A DNA stretch of 64,000 bases, from the NCBI GenBank assembly GCA_016207825.1, contig JACQZI010000005.1, positions 108,949 through 172,948 of the forward strand, in the 5' to 3' direction. The DNA is from Planctomycetota bacterium. Its GTDB lineage: Bacteria > Planctomycetota > MHYJ01 > JACQXL01 > JACQZI01. Positions 16,495-25,965 of the stretch are shown in pieces. The notes beneath the pieces were generated by a model. That model was not told where the DNA came from and did no database searches. It worked only from the letters and a program-made list of their open reading frames with translations. The first letter of the stretch is position 1, and the number at the start of each line of letters is the position of its first letter. A program made the translations under genes and the position numbers.

Positions 16495-17250
16495 CTATTC
16501 TTTGGTCAGGATATCGTACCCCGAAGCCGTCACGGCAATCGAATGCTCGAAATGAGCGCAGAGTTTGCGGTCACGCGTCACGACGGTCCATTTATTCTTA
16601 AGGGTTTCCACTTCCCAAGAACCCTCGTTCACCATCGGTTCAATCGCAATGACAACGCCCGGCTTCAGGATTACATCTGCCTGCTCTTCGGGAGAAATCC
16701 GGTAATTGGGCACCTGAGGGTCTTCATGAAGCTCCGTACCGATTCCATGCCCGACATACTGACGCACTACCGAATACCCCTGGGATTCAACGAAATTCTG
16801 GATAGTTGCCGATATCTCAAAAAGATGCCTGCCCGGCACTATTTTATCAATCGCCATATCCAGGGCTTTTTTGGTTACCTCAATCAAACGCTTTGCCTTT
16901 TCCGAAATCTCCCCGGCCCCCATGGTAAATGCCGCGTCGGCATAATAATTCTTATAACGCACTCCCACGTCAACGCTGATGATATCGCCGGATTTTATCC
17001 TGCGGGAATCCGGTATCCCATGAACCAGTTCTTCGTTTATCGAAACACAGATATTCGCGGGGTAGCCGCGATATCCTTTAAAAGCCATTTCACCTCCGTG
17101 CTTTATCACATAATCCATCATTTTTACGTCCAGCTCGATAGTGGAAAGCTCTGGCTTAATCATTTCCCGCGCTAATTTCATTGCACCGGCAACTATCAAG
17201 CCGGCCTGCCGCATTAATTCGATTTCGCGGGCTGATTTATACTTAATCAT
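16495..17250 (-). CDS. map: type I methionine aminopeptidase
   Basis: 251 aa with metal-ligand contexts (ISVDVG, YYADAA, VGHGIG, AIEP, HFEHS). Synteny. Confidence 0.95.
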   Translation of the reverse strand: MIKYKSAREIELMRQAGLIVAGAMKLAREMIKPELSTIELDVKMMDYVIKHGGEMAFKGYRGYPANICVSINEELVHGIPDSRRIKSGDIISVDVGVRYKNYYADAAFTMGAGEISEKAKRLIEVTKKALDMAIDKIVPGRHLFEISATIQNFVESQGYSVVRQYVGHGIGTELHEDPQVPNYRISPEEQADVILKPGVVIAIEPMVNEGSWEVETLKNKWTVVTRDRKLCAHFEHSIAVTASGYDILTKE

Positions 17251-17888
17251 TTGCCTTTTATCAAAGCCATCAGGCGTTCCGTAATCTTATCTATGTCTTC
17301 ATCGGCTTTAATATTTATGACCGCTTTCTTGTAATATTCCAGAAGCGGGTAAGTATCCTTACGGTAAACTTCCAGCCGGTGTTTGATGGTTTCGGCTTTA
17401 TCGTCATTCCTCTGATATAATTCTCCGCCGCATTTATCGCAGATATTTTCCTTGGCAGGGGCGTTATACTTAATATGGAAATTAACGCCGCATTTACGGC
17501 AGGTGCGCCTGCCGGAAAGCCTTTCGATGACAATGCTATCGGTGACATCCATGCTGATTACCTTATCAATTTTAAGATTGGATTCCTTCAGGATACCGTC
17601 AAGGGATTCGGCCTGCTTTACGGTCCTGGGGAATCCGTCCAGGATGAATCCTTTTTTGCAATCCGGTTCTTTTATACGCTGGGCGATTATTTCGATGATG
17701 ATGGAATCCGGCACCAGACCGCCCGCTTCCATGTATTCTTTCGCTTTTTTGCCTACTGGAGTCCCCTTTTTTATGGATTCCCTCAGGATATCTCCGGTTG
17801 AAATATGGGCAATGCCGAGAGCATCTTTAAGCTTTGTCGCCTGTGTTCCCTTGCCTGAACCGGGAGCTCCAAGTAAAACAACTATCAT
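17247..17888 (-). CDS. adk: adenylate kinase (zinc-lid type)
   Basis: P-loop GAPGSGKGTQ and lid CRKCG...CDKCGG. Overlaps map by 4 nt. Confidence 0.95.
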   Translation of the reverse strand: MIVVLLGAPGSGKGTQATKLKDALGIAHISTGDILRESIKKGTPVGKKAKEYMEAGGLVPDSIIIEIIAQRIKEPDCKKGFILDGFPRTVKQAESLDGILKESNLKIDKVISMDVTDSIVIERLSGRRTCRKCGVNFHIKYNAPAKENICDKCGGELYQRNDDKAETIKHRLEVYRKDTYPLLEYYKKAVINIKADEDIDKITERLMALIKGK

Positions 17889-17890
17889 AG

Positions 17891-19228
17891 TTATCTACGT
17901 CCTCTCACTCTTCCTTTGGCTAAAAAGCCGTCATATTCCCTGACCAAAAGCTGCGATTCTATCTTTTGCATCAGGTCCAGTCCAACACCGACCACAATCA
18001 ATATGCCCGTCCCGCCCAAAAAGCCCGTCACGTAGGTATCCACGTTAAGAAGCACCGAAATGATATTAGGCAAAACCGCTATCAGCGCCAAAAATGTCGC
18101 GCCGGTCAGCGTTATTCTGTTCATTATTTTTTCCATATAATCGGCTGTTTCACGCCCCGGCCTTATGCCCGGTATAAAACTGCCCCATTCTTTGAGGTGT
18201 TCTGACATTTCAACCGGCCTGAAATAAAGTGCCGTCCAGAAATAAGTGAAAAAGAATATGAGTATTATATATAAAGACGTGTACCAGAATCCGGATTCGC
18301 TCCGGCTGAAAATACTCTGTAACATCTCGCTTTTGGTCACTTGTGCTATCAACTGCGGAACGGCCATCAAAGTAACTGCGAAAATAACCGGCATGACTCC
18401 GGCCTGATTCACCCTTAAAGGCAGGTAATGCCTCTGGCCACCGTAGACCTTTTGTCCACGGATGTGCTTGGCGTATTGGACGGGAATCCTCCGCTGCGCC
18501 TGGGTCGTATAAACAATCGCCACAATCACCAGGACATATAACGCCAAAAGAATCAAAGGCCTGTCTATAGTAACATTGCCTTTCTGGACCGCGTCTATCA
18601 TCTGGACAACTGCATTCGGCATACGGTCAATAATTCCGGCCATGATAATCAATGAAGCACCGTTTCCAATGCCGTATTCCGTAATCTGCTCGCCCAGCCA
18701 CATCAGGAACATCGCCCCGGCTGTTAAAGAGCATATAGTCGGTAGGATAAATGTCCAGAAACCGGGATTGAGAACAACCGGACCAACCCGTGCAGACACT
18801 TGAGGTGATTGCAAAACGGCAATCGTTGTGGTGGACCATAAAATACAGATAGGCAATGCGGCTAACCTTGTATACTGGCTGATTTTCCTGTAACCACTGG
18901 GACCTTCCTTGCTCAGGGCTTCCAGGCTTGGGATAACCTTAATGAGAAGCGAAAACATGATGGAAGCGGTGATATACGGCATAATTCCCAGCGTAAAGAT
19001 GGAAAACTGGGAAAGCGCGCCTCCGGAAAAGATGGCGATAAAAGATACCGCCTTGTAGTTTTCTTCCAGTACTTTAAGCCATTCCTTGAGGGCTTCCACA
19101 TTAACCCCGGGGATCGGTATGGCAAAACCAAGCCGGAAAACCGCCAGGAGCGCGAAGGTAAAAAGAATCCGGCGCCGGAGCTCCGGAATCATAAAAATGT
19201 TTACAATGATTTCTTTAATTCGGGACAT
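17891..19228 (-). CDS. secY: preprotein translocase subunit SecY
   Basis: 445-aa 10-TM protein. Synteny between rplO and adk. Confidence 0.95.
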   Translation of the reverse strand: MSRIKEIIVNIFMIPELRRRILFTFALLAVFRLGFAIPIPGVNVEALKEWLKVLEENYKAVSFIAIFSGGALSQFSIFTLGIMPYITASIMFSLLIKVIPSLEALSKEGPSGYRKISQYTRLAALPICILWSTTTIAVLQSPQVSARVGPVVLNPGFWTFILPTICSLTAGAMFLMWLGEQITEYGIGNGASLIIMAGIIDRMPNAVVQMIDAVQKGNVTIDRPLILLALYVLVIVAIVYTTQAQRRIPVQYAKHIRGQKVYGGQRHYLPLRVNQAGVMPVIFAVTLMAVPQLIAQVTKSEMLQSIFSRSESGFWYTSLYIILIFFFTYFWTALYFRPVEMSEHLKEWGSFIPGIRPGRETADYMEKIMNRITLTGATFLALIAVLPNIISVLLNVDTYVTGFLGGTGILIVVGVGLDLMQKIESQLLVREYDGFLAKGRVRGRR

Positions 19229-19244
19229 ATTTCACCGGCACTAT

Positions 19245-19703
19245 TTAATTGGCTGCTTTTATCAGCTGGCAAGAACTGTTTGTCTTTTTGGCCTTCTCTG
19301 CAACCCCCTGGCTAAAAGCATGCGCGTGAATAATAAGTTTCTTAGTCAAGTCTCCCTTGCCAAGAATCTTTATTTTATCGTAACTGCCTTTGACAAGTCC
19401 TGTTTTAGAAAGCAATTCCGGGGTTACTTCGGTTCCCGCGTCAAACCGGTTTAAATCCTTGAGGTTGACAATGGCGACAGTTCCCTGGAAACGGGCGTTG
19501 GTGAATCCTCTTTTCGGCAGCCTGCGGATTAAAGGCATCTGTCCGCCTTCAAAATACGGGCGGCGCTGGTGGCCGGAACGGGCCAACTGCCCCTTATGAC
19601 CTTTGCCTGAAGTGCCGCCATGGCCGGAACGGTCGCCTCTTCCGACGCGTTTCTTATGTTTACGTGTTATTTTTACGTTGTGTTTTAATTGAGTAATATT
19701 CAT
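19245..19703 (-). CDS. rplO: 50S ribosomal protein L15
   Basis: [28 protein letters not shown]. Its start overlaps the rpsE stop (ATGA). Confidence 0.95.
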   Translation of the reverse strand: MNITQLKHNVKITRKHKKRVGRGDRSGHGGTSGKGHKGQLARSGHQRRPYFEGGQMPLIRRLPKRGFTNARFQGTVAIVNLKDLNRFDAGTEVTPELLSKTGLVKGSYDKIKILGKGDLTKKLIIHAHAFSQGVAEKAKKTNSSCQLIKAAN

Positions 19704-20212
19704 ACGGCATTAACACCCCTTAATTCTTCTATTGCTTTCTTTGTCTTTAATTTCTGCAATGCGACTACGGTGGCCCTGACCACATTCATCGGATTGGTGC
19801 TTCCCATAACTTTGGCAAGGACGTTTTCCACGCCAGCCAGCTCCAGAATGGCGCGCATGGCCGAACCTGCGATAATCCCGGTTCCTTTACAGGCCGGACG
19901 GACAATCACCCTTGAAGCACCGTATTTGCCTTCCACACGGTGTGGAATAGTCGTATCTTTAATCGGGATATCAACCAGGTTTCTTTTGGCCGCCTTGATG
20001 GCTTTTTCCACGGCGAAAGGCACTTCTTTGGCTTTTCCGTGCCCGTAGCCAACACGTCCTTTTTTATTGCCCACGGTAACAAGTGCGCTAAAGTTAAACC
20101 GCTTACCTCCCTTGACAACCTTACAACAACGCTTTACCTTAAGGACAATTTCTTCGTATTCCGGGGCCTCCCTGGGTTCATCCCTCCTGTTTCTTCTCGG
20201 TGGTCTTTCCAA
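19700..20212 (-). CDS. rpsE: 30S ribosomal protein S5
   Basis: [46 protein letters not shown]. Confidence 0.95.
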   Translation of the reverse strand: MERPPRRNRRDEPREAPEYEEIVLKVKRCCKVVKGGKRFNFSALVTVGNKKGRVGYGHGKAKEVPFAVEKAIKAAKRNLVDIPIKDTTIPHRVEGKYGASRVIVRPACKGTGIIAGSAMRAILELAGVENVLAKVMGSTNPMNVVRATVVALQKLKTKKAIEELRGVNAV

Positions 20213-20243
20213 GATTTACCTCCTTAATAGGAAATTCAAATCA

Positions 20244-20612
20244 CTAAAACTTTAATCCGCCTTCTCGCGCGGAATCTGCCAATGCTTTAATGCGCCCGTG
20301 GTAAGGAAATCCGCCCCGGTCGAAAACCACAGTCTTGATATTCTTTTTAACCGCTTCCTCGGCCACTTTCTTGCCCACGACTTTAGCCGCGGCAACGTTT
20401 CCTCCAGACTTAACGCTTTTCTTTATATCCGGGGTGAGCGTGGAAACGGATACCAAAGTATGACCCTTTTCATCATCTATCACCTGCGCGTAAATCTGAT
20501 TAAGGGTACGGGTAACGCACAAACGCGGCTTAACCGCTGTTCCCTGAACTTTATGGCGCAGGCGGTAATGGCGAATCGTCCTTTTACGCAGTATTTCTCT
20601 CGTTTTATTCAT
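20244..20612 (-). CDS. rplR: 50S ribosomal protein L18
   Basis: Start taken at ATG 20610-20612 ([11 protein letters not shown]...), 4 nt after the rplF stop. The track start 20636 would overlap rplF. Confidence 0.9.
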   Translation of the reverse strand: MNKTREILRKRTIRHYRLRHKVQGTAVKPRLCVTRTLNQIYAQVIDDEKGHTLVSVSTLTPDIKKSVKSGGNVAAAKVVGKKVAEEAVKKNIKTVVFDRGGFPYHGRIKALADSAREGGLKF

Positions 20613-20616
20613 AGTA

Positions 20617-21171
20617 TTACGAAGCTCCGGACACAAAGGTCTTTCCGGCCTTTTTCTTTATTATTTCGTCGGCATATTTTATGCCTTTAAGATTATACAC
20701 TTCACAGGGTTTAATCCCCCTCACAGAAGCGGAAAACTGCCCGAGCAATTCCTTATTCACACCCTGTATTATAAGCATGTTCGGGTTAGGCACAGTGACA
20801 GTAAGCCCGGCGGGAATATTTACTTTTACCGGATGGCTAAAACCTATGCTGATAGTCAATTCCTGCCCTTGGACTTTTGCGTTATAACCAACACCGTGTA
20901 TTTCAATCTTTTTCTCGTAGCCTTGCGAAACTCCGTGAATCGCGTTATTGATAAGGCTCCGCGCCGTTCCGTAAACGGCTTTATCCGAAGCCAGTTTTAT
21001 ATTGCAGGTCAGCTTTACTTTCTTTGCCGCGGCATCAACCTCCACCTTAACATTCGGGGATATTTTCTGCTCTATCTTGCCTTTAGGTCCGGCAATAAGC
21101 AAGGTATTATCCTTACGGGTCACATTCACCCCATCCGGCAACTGAATCGGTTTACTGCCTATTCGGGACAT
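20617..21171 (-). CDS. rplF: 50S ribosomal protein L6
   Basis: [18 protein letters not shown]... Synteny. Confidence 0.95.
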   Translation of the reverse strand: MSRIGSKPIQLPDGVNVTRKDNTLLIAGPKGKIEQKISPNVKVEVDAAAKKVKLTCNIKLASDKAVYGTARSLINNAIHGVSQGYEKKIEIHGVGYNAKVQGQELTISIGFSHPVKVNIPAGLTVTVPNPNMLIIQGVNKELLGQFSASVRGIKPCEVYNLKGIKYADEIIKKKAGKTFVSGAS

Positions 21172-21185
21172 TTAGAAAACTCCTT

Positions 21186-21587
21186 TTAATAAACGTTACA
21201 AATTATCTCGCCGCCCAAATTAAGCTTACGGCATTCTTTATCGCTCATTACCCCTTTGGGGGTGGATAATATGGAAACGCCCAATCCGTCCAGGATTTTG
21301 CTCATATTCTTGACCCGGCAATAAACGCGCCGGCCGGGTTTGCTTATCCTAACGATTTTATTAATGATGCATTCGCCGTCTTCCCCGTATTTAAGGTAAA
21401 CGGCAAGCGTATTATTTTTTTTATCCTCGGCTTTAACGGTTTTATAATCTTTAATATACCCTTCTTCCTTAAGGACACGGGCGATTTCCAGCTTAATGCT
21501 CGAAACGGGCATATTAACTTTTTCGGTTCCTCTCATCCGGGCGTTCCGGATCATCGTTAACATATCAGCCACCGGGTCTGTGCTCAT
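21186..21587 (-). CDS. rpsH: 30S ribosomal protein S8
   Basis: DPVADMLTMIRNA... Synteny. Confidence 0.95.
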   Translation of the reverse strand: MSTDPVADMLTMIRNARMRGTEKVNMPVSSIKLEIARVLKEEGYIKDYKTVKAEDKKNNTLAVYLKYGEDGECIINKIVRISKPGRRVYCRVKNMSKILDGLGVSILSTPKGVMSDKECRKLNLGGEIICNVY

Positions 21588-21616
21588 ACTAACTCCTTTT
21601 ATAAGTTAAGTTCGCT

Positions 21617-21802
21617 CTACCAGCTTGCTTTCCTGACACCGGGCAACTTGCCTTCCGAGGCAAGCTTTCTGAAGCAAAGCCGGCACATGCAAAACCGGCG
21701 GTAATAAGCCCTGCGCCGGCCGCAAAGGAGGCAACGGTTATATTTCATAACCTTGTATTTAGGTTCGCTTTGCTGCTTTATCCTTAATGCTTTTGTCGCC
21801 AA
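21617..21802 (-). CDS. rpsN: 30S ribosomal protein S14, short zinc-binding (type Z) form
   Basis: 61 aa with [22 protein letters not shown]. Apparent TTG start preceded by AAAGGGGA. Confidence 0.9.
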   Translation of the reverse strand: MATKALRIKQQSEPKYKVMKYNRCLLCGRRRAYYRRFCMCRLCFRKLASEGKLPGVRKASW

Positions 21803-21816
21803 GTTTATCCCCTTTT

Positions 21817-21846
21817 CCGCCTGAGGCGGGCCCGCCTTTGGCGGGC
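21817..21846. repeat. two adjacent GC hairpins (REP-like) in the rplE-rpsN spacer
   Basis: CCGCC-TGA-GGCGG (21817-21829) and GCCCGCC-TTT-GGCGGGC (21830-21846). Confidence 0.5.
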
Positions 21847-21856
21847 AATCTTCTAC

Positions 21857-22396
21857 TTAACTCCTGAAGGGCATCCCCAATGATTTTAACAATTCATGGG
21901 AGGCCTTTTTCGAACCGTTAGAAATCACCATGGTAATATCCATCCCCTGAACAAACTGGACCTGATCAATGCTTATCTCCGGGAAAACCGACTGTTCGGC
22001 GATGCCCATATTAAAATTGCCCTGATTATCAAATGACTTCGGGTCCAATCCCCTGAAATCGCGCAAGCGTGGGATGACAATACTGATTAATTTATCTAGG
22101 AATTCATACATTGTCCTGCCCCTTAAGGTGACCTTGCAACCGATTTTCTCACCTTTTCTCAGTTTAAATCCGGAAATGCTCTGACGGGCATAGGTTACCA
22201 CCGGCTTTTGCCCGGTTATCGCGGCGATATCTTTTACCGTTGCCTCGATTCTGTCCTTGTTTTCGATCGCCTTGCCCACGCCGGCATTCACCACGATTTT
22301 ATCCAGGCGCGGCACCGCCATTACATTCTTAAGGCTTAATTTCTCCTTTAACACCGGGATGCATTCTTTCTTATATTTTTCTAACAGTCTTGACAT
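21857..22396 (-). CDS. rplE: 50S ribosomal protein L5
   Basis: 179 aa. Synteny and typical sequence (PRLDKIVVNAGVG...). Confidence 0.95.
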   Translation of the reverse strand: MSRLLEKYKKECIPVLKEKLSLKNVMAVPRLDKIVVNAGVGKAIENKDRIEATVKDIAAITGQKPVVTYARQSISGFKLRKGEKIGCKVTLRGRTMYEFLDKLISIVIPRLRDFRGLDPKSFDNQGNFNMGIAEQSVFPEISIDQVQFVQGMDITMVISNGSKKASHELLKSLGMPFRS

Positions 22397-22401
22397 ATTT
22401 A

Positions 22402-22716
22402 TTATGCGGTAATCGCTTGTTTACACTTTTTACAGCTTCTGTTTTTTACGCCGTCGGGCTGCTTCACAAAACCGACCCGGGTCGGTTTATTGCAATTCGG
22501 GCAAATCAGCTTTACATTAGATATATTAATAGGAGATTCTTTCTGGATACGGGCACCGTGCGGATAGTTAGAGCTGCGTTTCATATGTTTCCAAACCATA
22601 TTAACGCCCTGCACCAGGATTTTCTCGCCTCCCGTCATGACCCGTATTACCTTGCCATCACGGTTCTTGTCGTCGCCGCTGATTACTTTTACGATATCGC
22701 CTTTTTTTATGTTCAT
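22402..22716 (-). CDS. rplX: 50S ribosomal protein L24
   Basis: KKGDIVKVISGDDKNRDGKV (KOW motif). Synteny. Confidence 0.95.
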   Translation of the reverse strand: MNIKKGDIVKVISGDDKNRDGKVIRVMTGGEKILVQGVNMVWKHMKRSSNYPHGARIQKESPINISNVKLICPNCNKPTRVGFVKQPDGVKNRSCKKCKQAITA

Positions 22717-22717
22717 A

Positions 22718-23083
22718 TTAAACCACCTCCGGAGCCAGTGAAATTATCTTCATGAAGTTAGAACGTAATTCTCTCGGGACCGCCCCGAAAATACGCGTTC
22801 CGCGCGGGTTGTTTTCGGCATCCAGAAGGACTATTGCATTCCTGTCAAACCGGACGTAAGATCCGTCTTTACGCCTGATGGGCGCCTTAGTACGGACTAT
22901 CACGCCGCGGACAATGTCACCTTTTTTTAAAGCACCGCCGGTAATAATCTTCTTCACATTGCCGATAACGATGTCGCCGACTGCGGCATAGCGGTGTTTG
23001 CTTCCGCCCAGCACCTGTATGCAGCCGACTATCTTGGCGCCTGTATTATCGGCCACGACCAGCTTGGTTTTCATCATTATCAT
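22718..23083 (-). CDS. rplN: 50S ribosomal protein L14
   Basis: [21 protein letters not shown]... Synteny. Confidence 0.95.
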   Translation of the reverse strand: MIMMKTKLVVADNTGAKIVGCIQVLGGSKHRYAAVGDIVIGNVKKIITGGALKKGDIVRGVIVRTKAPIRRKDGSYVRFDRNAIVLLDAENNPRGTRIFGAVPRELRSNFMKIISLAPEVV

Positions 23084-23086
23084 AAA

Positions 23087-23353
23087 TTAATCCTGTTTTA
23101 GCTCAGCTTTCTTTACTATGCTTACCAGTCTCCACCTTTTGGTCTTGCTTAAGGGACGGGTCTCCATTATTTCCACCTCATCGCCTATATTAGCTTGTTC
23201 TTTTTCGTCATGGGCTTTATAGACGGTGGATTTTCTTATAAACTTTCCGTATTTCGGATGGCGTAACAGCTTTTCCGCTTTGACAGCAATGGTTTTATCC
23301 ATTTTATCGCTGATTACCACCCCGGTTCTCGTCCGCCTGAGACCTCGTTCCAT
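23087..23353 (-). CDS. rpsQ: 30S ribosomal protein S17
   Basis: Start at ATG 23351-23353 ([24 protein letters not shown]...), preceded by TAGGAGAATTACAA. The track extension to 23425 covers the promoter. Confidence 0.9.
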   Translation of the reverse strand: MERGLRRTRTGVVISDKMDKTIAVKAEKLLRHPKYGKFIRKSTVYKAHDEKEQANIGDEVEIMETRPLSKTKRWRLVSIVKKAELKQD

Positions 23354-23384
23354 TTGTAATTCTCCTATTAGTGAAAAACGATAT

Positions 23385-23412
23385 AGTATACAAAATAAAA
23401 ACAGATTGTCCA
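23385..23412 (-). promoter_or_regulatory. sigma-70-like promoter heading the rpsQ-led ribosomal cluster
   Basis: On the minus strand: TGGACA (23407-23412), 16 bp ending in TG, TATACT (23385-23390). An SD-containing leader of about 30 nt follows. Confidence 0.5.
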
Positions 23413-23499
23413 CTTTTTTATGCATTTTTATTTAAATAATTATTGGGGCGGAAAACAGGGGCTAAAACCCTCTAAAGCGCAATCTTAGGAGAAAATTAC

Positions 23500-23527
23500 T
23501 TGACACTACCCACAAAACATATAAAAT
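23500..23527 (+). promoter_or_regulatory. sigma-70-like promoter of the five-repeat protein gene
   Basis: TTGACA (23500-23505), 16 bp, TAAAAT (23522-23527). SD AAAGGAGG at 23553-23560 and ATG at 23566. Confidence 0.45.
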
Positions 23528-23565
23528 CCATGTTAATACAGATAAAATCATTAAAGGAGGCCTTT

Positions 23566-25914
23566 ATGAAGAAAATATTGTGGCTTTTATTAGCGGCATT
23601 ATGCCTGGCATTTAATACGGCGTCGGCTCAGGAGGAAAGCGACATCATAGGCTCCGGTGACCCGGACAGCAAGGGCAACAAAACATGGACTTCCGGGGAA
23701 TGGGGTTTCGAAATAACCCTGCCGGCCGAATGGAAAACGATTAAGTACCCCGCCGGGAAAAGCGCTCTCGCCCTGGATTTCGAAAACGAGGACAAATCTG
23801 TCACGGGATATATCGCCGTGGAAAAATATGACGGAAGATGCGATGATTACATTAATTCTATCATATCCCCGCTGATTGAGCAGTATAAAATCAAAATACT
23901 TGAAAAACCGGAAGGCGAAAAAGATTCCACTATCGTTTACACCTCAGTTGTCGGCGAAGACAAAAGTAAGCATTACTGGCGTGTCATCGACGAGCAAGGG
24001 GAAAAAATACGCGTGGGATTCACCTGTAAAAGAAGCGAATATGACGATTACGCGGAAACTTTTGAAACTTGTGCCGCTACTTTAAAAAGCGTCCAGAAAA
24101 AAGAAACTGACGAGCCTTCATCAGCCGGAGATAAAACATGGTCAAGCGATAAATGGGGCTTCGAGCTTACCATCCCGGAAGACTGGAATATGGAAATTCG
24201 TGAATCCGCTCTGGGCACCCTGGTTGCTACTTTTTCCGGCGCCAAAGGAAAAATTGAGGGGCTCATCACTATTGCCGAATGGAAAGACGGCTGCGATGCT
24301 TATCTTAATAATATTATTGAAACCCTGAAAGACCCCAACAATAATTATGAAATTGAAGTGATAAAAAAGCCGCTGGGCAAAACCGACGCAACTATCATCT
24401 ATACGATCTCCGATTCGGAAAGCAAGCGCCAATACTACCAGCGGGCTATTGATATCGGCGGATTTATCCTGCGTGTTGATTTCGATAGCGAAAAGGCTTC
24501 CTTTAGCAAATACCGCGATACATTCGAAAGATGCGCCGCCACCTTGAAAAGTATCCCCGAAAAGCAAATAAACACGCCCATTGAAACTGAAGATAAAACC
24601 TGGTCCAGCGAAAAATGGGGGTTCAGACTAACCCTACCGGCTGACTGGAACATGGAAATTTATGACCGGGCCAAGGATGAAGTAACGGTGGCGTTTGCTT
24701 CCGATAGCAAAGAAATCAGAGGCTGCGCAATTAATGTCGAAAGGGGCGAAGCCACCTGCGTCGAATATCTTAATGCCAGCCTGGACAATCTTAAGAAAAA
24801 GCTGGAAGTCAAAATCCTGAAAAAGCCTTCCGGAAATGACGACGAGGCGACGGCAATATACACCGCCGTAGTACAAGACACCACTTTCCAGTATTATGCG
24901 CGCGTAATTAGGGCGGATGATACCATCTTAACTGTTTGCTTCCTTACGGAAAAAAAATATTACGCTGAAACCAGCGATATGTTCGAGAAATATGCCGCCA
25001 CACTTAAACCCCTGTCCGATACACCCAAACAAAAGCCTAAGGATAAAACCTGGTCCAGCAAAAAATGGGGGTTTGAACTCTCTCTGCCGGGCGACTGGAA
25101 AATAGTTATATTGGATAATATAGACGGGACCATCGTAACCAGGTTTGAAAATGAAACAAACGGAATTTACGGAATTGTCACCACCAGCGATTTTGAAGGC
25201 GGCGCTGATGACTACCTAAAAGATATCATGGAAGGGCTCAAGGAGAGCGAAGATACGGAAATCGTAGTTAAACCAAAAGGCAAGCAAAGTGCCACCTTGG
25301 TTTACATATGCGATGTAAGCGGCACAGACTACGAATATTACGCCCATGCTATAGACGTTGACGGCAATAAAAAACTCCGGGTTGTCTTTTATTGCGTGGA
25401 AAAAATATACGATAAATACAGCGAACTATTCGAAAAATACTCCAGCACCCTTAAACCACTGGCCGACACACCCAAACAAAAACCTAAGGATAAAACCTGG
25501 TCCAGCGAGAAATGGGGATTTGAAATTAATCTACCGGCTGAATGGAAAATGGATATTCTGGATAAAGCCGACGGCTCTCTCATCGCGGAGTTTTCCAATG
25601 ATGCCGCCGGCATTTATGGACTCATTACCAAAAGTGAATTTGAAGGCGGCGCTGATGACTACCTGAAAGGCGTTCTGGATGGTCTTAAGAACGATGGCGA
25701 AGTTGAAGTCGTGGTAAAACCGAAAGGCAAAAGAAGAGCTACTCTAGTTTATATATGCGATATAAACGGCACAGACTACGAATATTACGCCCATGCAATA
25801 GATGCTGATGGAACTAAGTTCCGAATTGTCTTTTATTGCCCAAAAACGATCTACGATAACTACAGCGATACTTTCGAAAAATACGCCGATACGTTCAACA
25901 CCCTTGATGAATAA
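23566..25914 (+). CDS. secreted protein composed of five tandem ~150-aa repeats
   Basis: Signal peptide MKKILWLLLAALCLAFNTASA|Q. Repeats each open with KTW(T/S)S-x-(K/E)WGF-x-(I/L)-x-(I/L)P-x-(D/E)W at nt 23680, 24133, 24595, 25045 and 25492, and close with F-E-(K/T/R)-(Y/C)-(A/S)-(A/S)-TLK in repeats 1-4. Repeat 5 closes FEKYADTFNTL. Confidence 0.8.
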   Translation: MKKILWLLLAALCLAFNTASAQEESDIIGSGDPDSKGNKTWTSGEWGFEITLPAEWKTIKYPAGKSALALDFENEDKSVTGYIAVEKYDGRCDDYINSIISPLIEQYKIKILEKPEGEKDSTIVYTSVVGEDKSKHYWRVIDEQGEKIRVGFTCKRSEYDDYAETFETCAATLKSVQKKETDEPSSAGDKTWSSDKWGFELTIPEDWNMEIRESALGTLVATFSGAKGKIEGLITIAEWKDGCDAYLNNIIETLKDPNNNYEIEVIKKPLGKTDATIIYTISDSESKRQYYQRAIDIGGFILRVDFDSEKASFSKYRDTFERCAATLKSIPEKQINTPIETEDKTWSSEKWGFRLTLPADWNMEIYDRAKDEVTVAFASDSKEIRGCAINVERGEATCVEYLNASLDNLKKKLEVKILKKPSGNDDEATAIYTAVVQDTTFQYYARVIRADDTILTVCFLTEKKYYAETSDMFEKYAATLKPLSDTPKQKPKDKTWSSKKWGFELSLPGDWKIVILDNIDGTIVTRFENETNGIYGIVTTSDFEGGADDYLKDIMEGLKESEDTEIVVKPKGKQSATLVYICDVSGTDYEYYAHAIDVDGNKKLRVVFYCVEKIYDKYSELFEKYSSTLKPLADTPKQKPKDKTWSSEKWGFEINLPAEWKMDILDKADGSLIAEFSNDAAGIYGLITKSEFEGGADDYLKGVLDGLKNDGEVEVVVKPKGKRRATLVYICDINGTDYEYYAHAIDADGTKFRIVFYCPKTIYDNYSDTFEKYADTFNTLDE

Positions 25915-25965
25915 AAACACGGTGGCTTGGCGAATAAAAATCGGTTATTATGGCGTGGGGCATTA

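Noticed and set aside
19700-19703. Looked for rpmD (L30) between rpsE and rplO.
   Set aside because: The two genes overlap by 4 nt, and no small ORF with L30 character exists in any frame here.
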